DNA of 64,000 nucleotides from the human T2T-CHM13v2.0 reference genome, Homo sapiens. The notes below the pieces were generated by a model. It was not told the DNA's origin and ran no database searches. It saw only the letters and a list, made by a program, of their open reading frames with translations. The translations under genes were made by a program, and so were the position numbers. The stretch lies in NCBI RefSeq assembly GCF_009914755.1, contig NC_060931.1; one strand, given 5' to 3'. Below are positions 54,501 through 64,000 of this stretch, in pieces. Position 1 is the first letter of the stretch, and the number at the start of each line of letters is the position of its first letter.

Positions 54501-57199
54501 TCTTGCTGTGGCATTTTCAGGTGGAGATTTCAAGCGATTTGAGGACAATTGCAGAAAAGGAAATATCTTCGTATAATAACCAGACAGAATCATTCTCAGA
54601 AAGTGCTTTGTGATGTGTGCGTTCAACTCACAGAGTTTAACCTTTCTTTTCATAGAGGAGTTTGGAAACACACTGTTTGTAAAGTCTGCAATTGGATATA
54701 TGGACCTGTTTGAGGCCTCCGTTGGAAACGGGATTTCTTCATTGAATGCTAGACGGAAGAATTCTCAGTAAATTCTTTGTGTTGTGTGCATTCAACTCAC
54801 AGAGTGGAACGTCCCTTTACACAGAGCAGATTTGAAACACTCTTTTTGCGGAATTTGCAAGTGGAGATTTCTACCCATTTGATGCCAACAGTAGAAAGGG
54901 AAATATCTTCAAATAAAAACCAGACAGAATCATTCTCAGAAAATTCTTTGTGATGTGTGCGTTCAACTCACATAGTTTAACCTTTCTTTTCATAGAGCAG
55001 TTTGGAAACACTCTGTTTGTAAAGTCTGCAAGTGGATATATGGACCGCATTGAGGCCTTCGTTGGAAACGGGATTTCTTCATTTCATGCTAGACAGAAGA
55101 ATTCTCAGTAACTTCTTTGTGCTGTGTGTATTCAACTCACAGAGTGGAACGTCCCTTTGCACAGAGCAGATTTGAAACACTCTTTTTGTGGAGTTTGCAA
55201 GTGGAGATTTCAAGCGATTTGATGCCAACAGTAGAAAAGGAAGTATCTTCAAATAAAAACTAGACAGAATCATTCTCAGAAACTACTTTGTGATGTGTGC
55301 CTTCAACTCACCGAGTTTAACCTTTCTTTTCTGAGAGCAGCTTAGAAACACTCTGCTTGTTATGTCTGCAAGTTGATATTTGGACCTCTTTGAGGCCTTC
55401 GTTGCAAACGGGGTTTCTTCCTTTAATGCTAGACTAAGAAGAGTTCTCAGTAACTTTTTTGTGTTGTGTGTATTCAACTCACAGAGTTGAACCTTGCTTT
55501 AGAGAGAGCAGATTTGAAACACTCTTGCTGTGGCATTTTCAGGTGGAGATTTCAAGCGATTTGAGGACAATTGCAGAAAAGGAAATATCTTCGTATAATA
55601 ACCAGACAGAATCATTCTCAGAAAGTGCTTTGTGATGTGTGCGTTCAACTCACAGAGTTTAACCTTTCTTTTCATAGAGGAGTTTGGAAACACACTGTTT
55701 GTAATGTCTGCAATTGGATATATGGACCTGTTTGAGGCCTTCGTTGGAAACGGGATTTCTTCATTGAATGCTAGACGGAAGAATTCTCAGTAAATTCTTT
55801 GTGTTGTGTGCATTCAACTCACAGAGTGGAACGTCCCTTTAGACAGAGCAGATTTGAAACACTCTTTTTGCGGAATTTGCAAGTGGAGATTTCTAGCCAT
55901 TTGATGCCAACAGTAGAAAGGGAAATATCTTCAAATAAAAACCAGACAGAATCATTCTCAGAAAATTCTTTGTGATGTGTGCGTTCAACTCACATAGTTT
56001 AACCTTTCTTTTCATAGAGCAGTTTGGAAACACTCTGTTTGTAAAGTCTGCAAGTGGATATATGGACCGCATTGAGGCCTTCGTTGGAAACGGGATTTCT
56101 TCATTTCATGCTAGACAGAAGAATTCTCAGTAACTTCTTTGTGCTGTGTGTATTCAACTCACAGAGTGGAACGTCCCTTTACACAGAGCAGATTTGAAAC
56201 ACTCTTTTTGTGGAGTTTGCAAGTGGAGATTTCAAGCGATTTGATGCCAACAGTAGAAAAGGAAATATCTTCAAATAAAAACTAGACAGAATCATTCTCA
56301 GAAACTACTTTGTGATGTGTGCCTTCAACTCACAGAGTTTAACCTTTCTTTTCTTAGAGCAGTTTAGAAACACTCTGCTTGTTATGTCTGCAAGTGGATA
56401 TTTGGACCTCTTTGAGGCCTTCGTTGCAAACGGGGTTTCTTCCTTTAATGCTAGACTAAGAAGAGTTCTCAGTAACTTTTTTGTGTTGTGTGTATTCAAC
56501 TCACAGAGTTGAACCTTGCTTTAGAGAGAGCAGATTTGAAACACTCTCGCTGTGGAATTTTCAGGTGGAGATTTCAAGCGATTTGAGGACAATTGCAGAA
56601 AAGGAAATATCTTCGTATAATAACCAGACAGAATCATTCTCAGAAAGTGCTTTGTGATGTGTGCGTTCAACTCACAGAGTTTAACCTTTCTTTTCATAGA
56701 GGAGTTTGGAAACACACTGTTTGTAAAGTCTGCAATTGGATATATGGACCTGTTTGAGGCCTCCGTTGGAAACGGGATTTCTTCATTGAATGCTAGACGG
56801 AAGAATTCTCAGTAAATTCTTTGTGTTGTGTGCATTCAACTCACAGAGTGGAACGTCCCTTTAGACAGAGCAGATTTGAAACACTCTTTTTGCGGAATTT
56901 GCAAGTGGAGATTTCTAGCCATTTGATGCCAACAGTAGAAAGGGAAATATCTTCAAATAAAAACCAGACAGAATCATTCTCAGAAAATTCTTTGTGATGT
57001 GTGCGTTCAACTCACATAGTTTAACCTTTCTTTTCATAGAGCAGTTTGGAAACACTCTGTTTGTAAAGTCTGCAAGTGGATATATGGACCGCATTGAGGC
57101 CTTCGTTGGAAACGGGATTTCTTCATTTCATGCTAGACAGAAGAATTCTCAGTAACTTCTTTGTGCTGTGTGTATTCAACTCACAGAGTGGAACGTCCC

Positions 57200-59700
57200 T
57201 TTACACAGAGCAGATTTGAAACACTCTTTTTGTGGAGTTTGCAATTGGAGATTTCAAGCGATTTGATGCCAACAGTAGAAAAGGAAATATCTTCAAATAA
57301 AAACTAGACAGAATCATTCTCAGAAACTACTTTGTGATGTGTGCCTTCAACTCACAGAGTTTAACCTTTCTTTTCTTAGAGCAGCTTAGAAACACTCTGC
57401 TTGTTATGTCTGCAAGTGGATATTTGGACCTCTTTGAGGCCTTCGTTGCAAACGGGGTTTCTTCCTTTAATGCTAGACTATGAAGAGTTCTCAGTAACTT
57501 TTTTGTGTTGTGTTTATTCAACTCACAGAGTTGAACCTTGCTTTAGAGAGAGCAGATTTGAAACACTCTCGCTGTGGCATTTTCAGGTGGAGATTTCAAA
57601 CGATTTGAGGACAATTGCAGAAAAGGAAATATCTTCGTATAATAACCAGACAGAATCATTCTCAGAAAGTGCTTTGTGATGTGTGCGTTCAACTCACAGA
57701 GTTTAACCTTTCTTTTCATAGAGGAGTTTGGAAACACACTGTTTGTAAAGTCTGCAATTGGATATATGGACCTGTTCGAGGCCTCCGTTGGAAACGGGAT
57801 TTCTTCATTGAATGCTAGACGGAAGAATTCTCAGTAAATTCTTTGTGTTGTGTGCATTCAACTCACAGAGTGGAACGTCCCTTTAGACAGAGCAGATTTG
57901 AAACACTCTTTTTGCGGAATTTGCAAGTGGAGATTTCTAGCCATTTGATGCCAACAGTAGAAAGGGAAATATCTTCAAATAAAAACCAGACAGAATCATT
58001 CTCAGAAAATTCTTTGTGATGTGTGCGTTCAACTCACATAGTTTAACCTTTCTTTTCATAGAGCAGTTTGGAAACACTCTGTTTGTAAAGTCTGCAAGTG
58101 GATATATGGACCGCATTGAGGCCTTCGTTGGAAACGGGATTTCTTCATTTCATGCTAGACAGAAGAATTCTCAGTAACTTCTTTGTGCTGTGTGTATTCA
58201 ACTCACAGAGTGGAACGTCCCTTTGCACAGAGCAGATTTGAAACACTCTTTTTGTGGAGTTTGCAAGTGGAGATTTCAAGCGATTTGATGCCAACAGTAG
58301 AAAAGGAAGTATCTTCAAATAAAAACTAGACAGAATCATTCTCAGAAACTACTTTGTGATGTGTGCCTTCAACTCACAGAGTTTAACCTTTCTTTTCTTA
58401 GAGCAGCTTAGAAACACTCTGCTTGTTATGTCTGCAAGTTGATATTTGGACCTCTTTGAGGCCTTCGTTGCAAACGGGGTTTCTTCCTTTAATGCTAGAC
58501 TAAGAAGAGTTCTCAGTAACTTTTTTGTGTTGTGTGTATTCAACTCACAGAGTTGAACCTTGCTTTAGAGAGAGCAGATTTGAAACACTCTTGCTGTGGC
58601 ATTTTCAGGTGGAGATTTCAAGCGATTTGAGGACAATTGCAGAAAAGGAAATATCTTCGTATAATAACCAGACAGAATCATTCTCAGAAAGTGCTTTGTG
58701 ATGTGTGCGTTCAACTCACAGAGTTTAACCTTTCTTTTCATAGAGGAGTTTGGAAACACACTGTTTGTAATGTCTGCAATTGGATATATGGACCTGTTTG
58801 AGGCCTTCGTTGGAAACGGGATTTCTTCATTGAATGCTAGACGGAAGAATTCTCAGTAAATTCTTTGTGTTGTGTGCATTCAACTCACAGAGTGGAACGT
58901 CCCTTTAGACAGAGCAGATTTGAAACACTTTTTGGCGGAATTTGCAAGTGGAGATTTCTAGCCATTTGATGCCAACAGTAGAAAGGGAAATATCTTCAAA
59001 TAAAAACCAGACAGAATCATTCTCAGAAAATTCTTTGTGATGTGTGCGTTCAACTCACATAGTTTAACCTTTCTTTTCATAGAGCAGTTTGGAAACACTC
59101 TGTTTGTAAAGTCTGCAAGTGGATATATGGACCGCATTGAGGCCTTCGTTGGAAACGGGATTTCTTCATTTCATGCTAGACAGAAGAATTCTCAGTAACT
59201 TCTTTGTGCTGTGTGTATTCAACTCACAGAGTGGAACGTCCCTTTACACAGAGCAGATTTGAAACACTCTTTTTGTGGAGTTTGCAAGTGGAGATTTCAA
59301 GCGATTTGATGCCAACAGTAGAAAAGGAAATATCTTCAAATAAAAACTAGACAGAATCATTCTCAGAAACTACTTTGTGATGTGTGCCTTCAACTCACAG
59401 AGTTTAACCTTTCTTTTCTTAGAGCAGCTTAGAAACACTCTGCTTGTTATGTCTGCAAGTGGATATTTGGACCTCTTTGAGGCCTTCGTTGCAAACGGGG
59501 TTTCTTCCTTTAATGCTAGACTATGAAGAGTTCTCAGTAACTTTTTTGTGTTGTGTTTATTCAACTCACAGAGTTGAACCTTGCTTTAGAGAGAGCAGAT
59601 TTGAAACACTCTCGCTGTGGCATTTTCAGGTGGAGATTTCAAACGATTTGAGGACAATTGCAGAAAAGGAAATATCTTCGTATAATAACCAGACAGAATC
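57200..59700 (+). repeat. HOR haplotype repeated at 2043 bp (2 HORs minus 1 bp)
   Basis: GACTATGAAG ~57481/59524; TGTTTATTC ~57514/59557; TCAAACGATT ~57600/59643; identical variant ORFs at 57327/59370 and 57401/59444. Confidence 0.8.
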
Positions 59701-62700
59701 ATTCTCAGAAAGTGCTTTGTGATGTGTGCGTTCAACTCACAGAGTTTAACCTTTCTTTTCATAGAGGAGTTTGGAAACACACTGTTTGTAATGTCTGCAA
59801 TTGGATATATGGACCTGTTTGAGGCCTTCGTTGGAAACGGGATTTTATCATATAATGCTAGACGGAAGAATTCTCAGTAAATTCTTTGTGTTGTATGCAT
59901 TCAACTCACAGAGTGGAACGTCCCTTTAGACAGAGCAGATTTGAAACACTCTTTTTGCGGAATTTGCAAGTGGAGATTTCTAGCCATTTGATGCCAACAG
60001 TAGAAAGGGAAATATCTTCCAATAAAAACCAGACAGAATCATTCTCAGAAAATTCTTTGTGATGTGTGCGTTCAACTCACATAGTTTAACCTTTCTTTTC
60101 ATAGAGCAGTTTGGAAACACTCTGTTTGTAAAGTCTGCAAGTGGATATATGGACCGCATTGAGGCCTTCGTTGGAAACGGGATTTCTTCATTTCATGCTA
60201 GACAGAAGAATTCTCAGTAACTTCTTTGTGCTGTGTGTATTCAACTCACAGAGTGGAACGTCCCTTTACACAGAGCAGATTTGAAACACTCTTTTTGTGG
60301 AGTTTGCAAGTGGAGATTTCAAGCGATTTGATGCCAACAGTAGAAAAGGAAGTATCTTCAAATAAAAACTAGACAGAATCATTCTCAGAAACTACTTTGT
60401 GATGTGTGCCTTCAACTCACAGAGTTTAACCTTTCTTTTCTTAGAGCAGTTTAGAAACACTCTGCTTGTTATGTCTGCAAGTGGATATTTGGACCTCTTT
60501 GAGGCCTTCGTTGCAAACGGGGTTTCTTCCTTTAATGTTAGACTAAGAAGAGTTCTCAGTAACTTTTTTGTGTTGTGTGTATTCAACTCACAGAGTTGAA
60601 CCTTGCTTTAGAGAGAGCAGATTTGAAACACTCTCGCTATGGAATTTTCAGGTGGAGATTTCAAGCGATTTGAGGACAATTGCAGAAAAGGAAATATCTT
60701 CGTATAATAAACAGACAGAATCATTCTCAGAAAGTGCTTTGTGATGTGTGCGTTCAACTCACAGAGTTTAACCATTCTTTTCATAGAGGAGCTTGGAAAC
60801 ACACTGTTTGTAAAGTCTGCAATTGGATATATGGACCTGTTTGAGGCCTCCGTTGGAAACGGGATTTCTTCATTGAATGCTAGACGGAAGAATTCTCAGT
60901 AAATTCTTTGTGTTGTGTGCATTGAACTCACAGAGTGGAACGTCCCTTTAGACAGAGCAGATTTGAAACACTCTTTTTGCGGAATTTGCAAGTGGAGATT
61001 TCTAACCATTTGATGTCAACAGTAGAAAGGGAAATATCTTCAAATAAAAACCAGACAGAATCATTCTCAGAAAATTCTTTGTGATGTGTGCGTTCAACTC
61101 ACATAGTTTAACCTTTCTTTTCATAGAGCAGTTTGGAAACACTCTGTTTGTAAAGTCTGCAAGTGGATATATGGACCGCATTGAGGCCTTCGTTGGAAAC
61201 GGGATTTCTTCATTTCATGCTAGACAGAAGAATTCTCAGTAACTTCTTTGTGCTGTGTGTATTCAACTCACAGAGTGGAACGTCCCTTTACACAGAGCAG
61301 ATTTGAAACACTCTTTTTGTGGAGTTTGCAAGTGGAGATTTCAAGCGATTTGATGCCAACAGTAGAAAAGGAAATATCTTCAAATAAAAACTAGACAGAA
61401 TCATTCTCAGAAACTACTTTGTGATGTGTGCCTTTACCTCACAGAGTTTAACCTTTCTTTTCTTAGAGCAGTTTAGAAACACTCTGCTTGTTATGTCTGC
61501 AAGTGGATATTTGGACCTCTTTGAGGCCTTCGTTGCAAACGGGGTTTCTTCCTTTCATGCTAGACTAAGAAGAGTTCTCAGTAACTTTTTTGTGTTGTGT
61601 GTATTCAACTCACAGAGTTGAACCTTGCTTTAGAGAGAGCAGATTTGAAACACTCTTGCAGTGGCATTTTCAGGTGGAGATTTCAAGCGATTTGAGGACA
61701 ATTGCAGAAAAGGAAATATCTTCGTATAATAACCAGACAGAATCATTCTCAGAATGTGCTTTGTGATGTGTGCGTTCAACTCACAGAGTTTAACCTTTCT
61801 TTTCATAGAGGAGTTTGGAAACACACTGTTTGTAAAGTCTGCAATTGGATATATGGACCTGTTTGAGGCCTCCGTTGGAAACGGGATTTCTTCATTGAAT
61901 GCTAGACGGAAGAATTCTCAGTAAATTCTTTGTGTTGTGTGCATTCAACTCAGAGAGTGGAACGTCCCTTTAGACAGAGCAGATTTGAAACACTCTTTTT
62001 GCGAAATTTGCAAGTGGAGATTTCTAGCCATTTGATGCCAACAGTAGAAAGGGAAATATCTTCAAATAAAAACCAGACAGAATCATTCTCAGAAAATTCT
62101 TTGTGATGTGTGCGTTCAACTCACATAGTTTAACCTTTCTTTTCATAGAGCAGTTTGCAAACACTCTGTTTGTAAAGTCTGCAAGTGGATATATGGACCG
62201 CATTGAGGCCTTCGTTGGAAACGGGATTTCTTCATTTCATGCTAGACAGAAGAATTCTCAGTAACTTCTTTGTGCTGTGTGTATTCAACTCACAGAGTGG
62301 AACGTCCCTTTGCACAGAGCAGATTTGAAACACTCTTTTTGTGGAGTTTGCAAGTGGAGATTTCAAGCGATTTGATGCCAACAGTAGAAAAGGAAATATC
62401 TTCAAATAAAAACTAGACAGAATCATTCTCAGGAACTACTTTGTGATGTGTGCCTTCAACTCACAGAGTTTAACCTTTCTTTTCTTAGAGCAGTTTAGAA
62501 ACACTCTGCTTGTTATGTCTGCAAGTGGATATTTGGACCTCTTTGAGGCCTTCGTTGCAAACGGGGTTTCTTCCTTTCATGCTAGACTAAGAAGAGTTCT
62601 CAGTAACTTTTTTGTGTTGTGTGTATTCAACTCACAGAGTTGAACCTTGCTTTAGAGAGAGCAGATTTGAAACACTCTTGCTGTGGAATTTTCAGGTGGA

Positions 62701-64000
62701 GATTTCAAGCGATTTGAGGACAATTGCAGAAAAGGAAATATCTTCGTATAATAACCAGACAGAATCATTCTCAGAAAGTGCTTTGTGATGTGTGCGTTCA
62801 ACTCACAGAGTTTAACCTTTCTTTTCATAGAGGAGCTTGGAAACACACTGTTTGTAAAGTCTGCAATTGGATATATGGACCTGTTTGAGGCCTCCGTTGG
62901 AAACGGGATTTCTTCATTGAATGCTAGACGGAAGAATTCTCAGTAAATTCTTTGTGTTGTGTGCATTGAACTCACAGAGTGGAACGTCCCTTTAGACAGA
63001 GCAGATTTGAAACACTCTTTTTGCGGAATTTGCAAGTGGAGATTTCTAGCCATTTGATGCCAACAGTAGAAAGGGAAATATCTTCAAATAAAAACCAGAC
63101 AGAATCATTCTCAGAAAATTCTTTGTGATGTGTGCGTTCAACTCACATAGTTTAACCTTTCTTTTCATAGAGCAGTTTGGAAACACTCTGTTTGTAAAGT
63201 CTGCAAGTGGATATATGGACCGCATTGAGGCCTTCGTTGGAAACGGGATTTCTTCATTTCATGCTAGACAGAAGAATTCTCAGTAACTTCTTTGTGCTGT
63301 GTGTATTCAACTCACAGAGTGGAACGTCCCTTTGCACAGAGCAGATTTGAAACACTCTTTTTGTGGAGTTTGCAAGTGGAGATTTCAAGCGATTTGATGC
63401 CAACAGTAGAAAAGGAAATATCTTCAAATAAAAACTAGACAGAATCATTCTCAGAAACTACTTTGTGATGTGTGCCTTCAACTCACAGAGTTTAACCTTT
63501 CTTTTCTTAGAGCAGTTTAGAAACACTCTGCTTGTTATGTCTGCAAGTGGATATTTGGACCTCTTTGAGGCCTTCGTTGCAAACGGGGTTTCTTCCTTTA
63601 ATGCTAGACTAAGAAGAGTTCTCAGTAACTTTTTTGTGTTGTGTGTATTCAACTCACAGAGTTGAACCTTGCTTTAGAGAGAGCAGATTTGAAACACTCT
63701 TGCTGTGGCATTTTCAGGTGGAGATTTCAAGCGATTTGAGGACAATTGCAGAAAAGGAAATATCTTCGTATAATAACCAGACAGAATCATTCTCAGAAAG
63801 TGCTTTGTGATGTGTGCGTTCAACTCACAGAGTTTAACCTTTCTTTTCATAGAGGAGTTTGGAAACACACTGTTTGTAAAGTCTGCAATTGGATATATGG
63901 ACCTGTTTGAGGCCTGCGTTGGAAACGGGATTTCTTCATTGAATGCTAGACGGAAGAATTCTCAGTAAATTCTTTGTGTTGTGTGCATTCAACTCACAGA

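Larger units (their letters stand above)
38880..55860 (+). repeat. Recent 8515-bp tandem duplication (copy 1 ~38880-47394, copy 2 ~47395-55860), each copy containing an 8-mer HOR
   Basis: Rare ORF variants recur at exactly +8515 (40045/48560, 40294/48809, 42134/50649, 43860/52375, 45440/53955, 46564/55079). 8515 = 8x1022 + 342 - 3. Confidence 0.95.
1..64000 (+). repeat. Alpha-satellite HOR array, SF1 type, 6-mer 1022-bp unit, about 62-63 copies; probably human chromosome 7 D7Z1 (S1C7H1L)
   Basis: Seen: ~171-bp monomers starting (C/A)ATTCTCAG...TTTGTGATGTGTG.TTCAACTCACAGAG; near-identity at 1022-bp lag (ORF track 579, 1601, 2623...); CENP-B box in alternate monomers; GAATTC at 259 and 599 but GAGTTC at 941, giving 340+682 bp EcoRI fragments. 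Recalled knowledge: D7Z1 is an SF1 6-mer with 340/680-bp EcoRI fragments, and AGCGATTTGAGGACAATTGC (33-52) matches a chr7 alphoid primer. Alpha-satellite identity is near certain; the chromosome assignment is about 0.85-0.9. Confidence 0.97.

Noticed and set aside
579-63868. About 200 short ORFs (62-70 aa) on both strands
   Set aside because: They are translations of satellite monomers recurring with the HOR, overlap in antisense, mostly use non-ATG starts, resemble no protein family I know, and appear or vanish with single SNVs.
1-64000. CRISPR-like or prokaryotic repeat-spacer system
   Set aside because: There are no unique spacers or cas genes; the entire sequence is tandem ~171-bp monomers.
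1-64000. Transposon insertion, inversion or non-satellite island
   Set aside because: All spacing deviations are accounted for by -340, +342 (twice) and 1-2 bp deletions, and orientation is constant, leaving no room for an insert.
1-64000. Assignment to the chr1/5/19 SF1 array or another SF1 array
   Set aside because: The diverged M5/M6 dimer with GAGGACAATTGC and the missing third EcoRI site fit D7Z1 better by recall; HMM-based HOR classification would settle it.
1-64000. Claim that this window is the kinetochore (CENP-A) site
   Set aside because: High homogeneity indicates an active-type array, but the kinetochore position is epigenetic and cannot be read from sequence.

Overview
The whole 64 kb window is one uninterrupted, head-to-tail array of human centromeric alpha-satellite DNA. 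It is suprachromosomal family 1 type (alternating A/B monomers, CENP-B box in every second monomer), organised as a 6-monomer, 1022-bp higher-order repeat (HOR), about 62-63 copies. The 6-mer size, the 340+682 bp EcoRI spacing and the motifs AGCGATTTGAGGACAATTGC and GCTGTGGCATTTTCAGGTGG point to the chromosome 7 array D7Z1 (S1C7H1L); this comes from recall, not a database search. I see no genes, RNA genes, transposons, inversions or CRISPR, and every listed ORF is a chance reading frame recurring with the HOR. I found no new protein-coding system. The information lies in rare SNV/indel markers read by eye. They show nested multi-HOR duplications (3065, 5110, 4088, 3066, 1364, 8515 and 2043 bp periods), one 4-mer deletion HOR whose crossover interval contains a CENP-B box, and two 8-mer HORs. 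They also show short conversion-like tracts beside CENP-B boxes, a TTCG>TCCG variant altering the core of one of the three boxes in over half of the HORs, and a 2.3 kb patch rich in private substitutions. All counts and duplication boundaries are manual and approximate.
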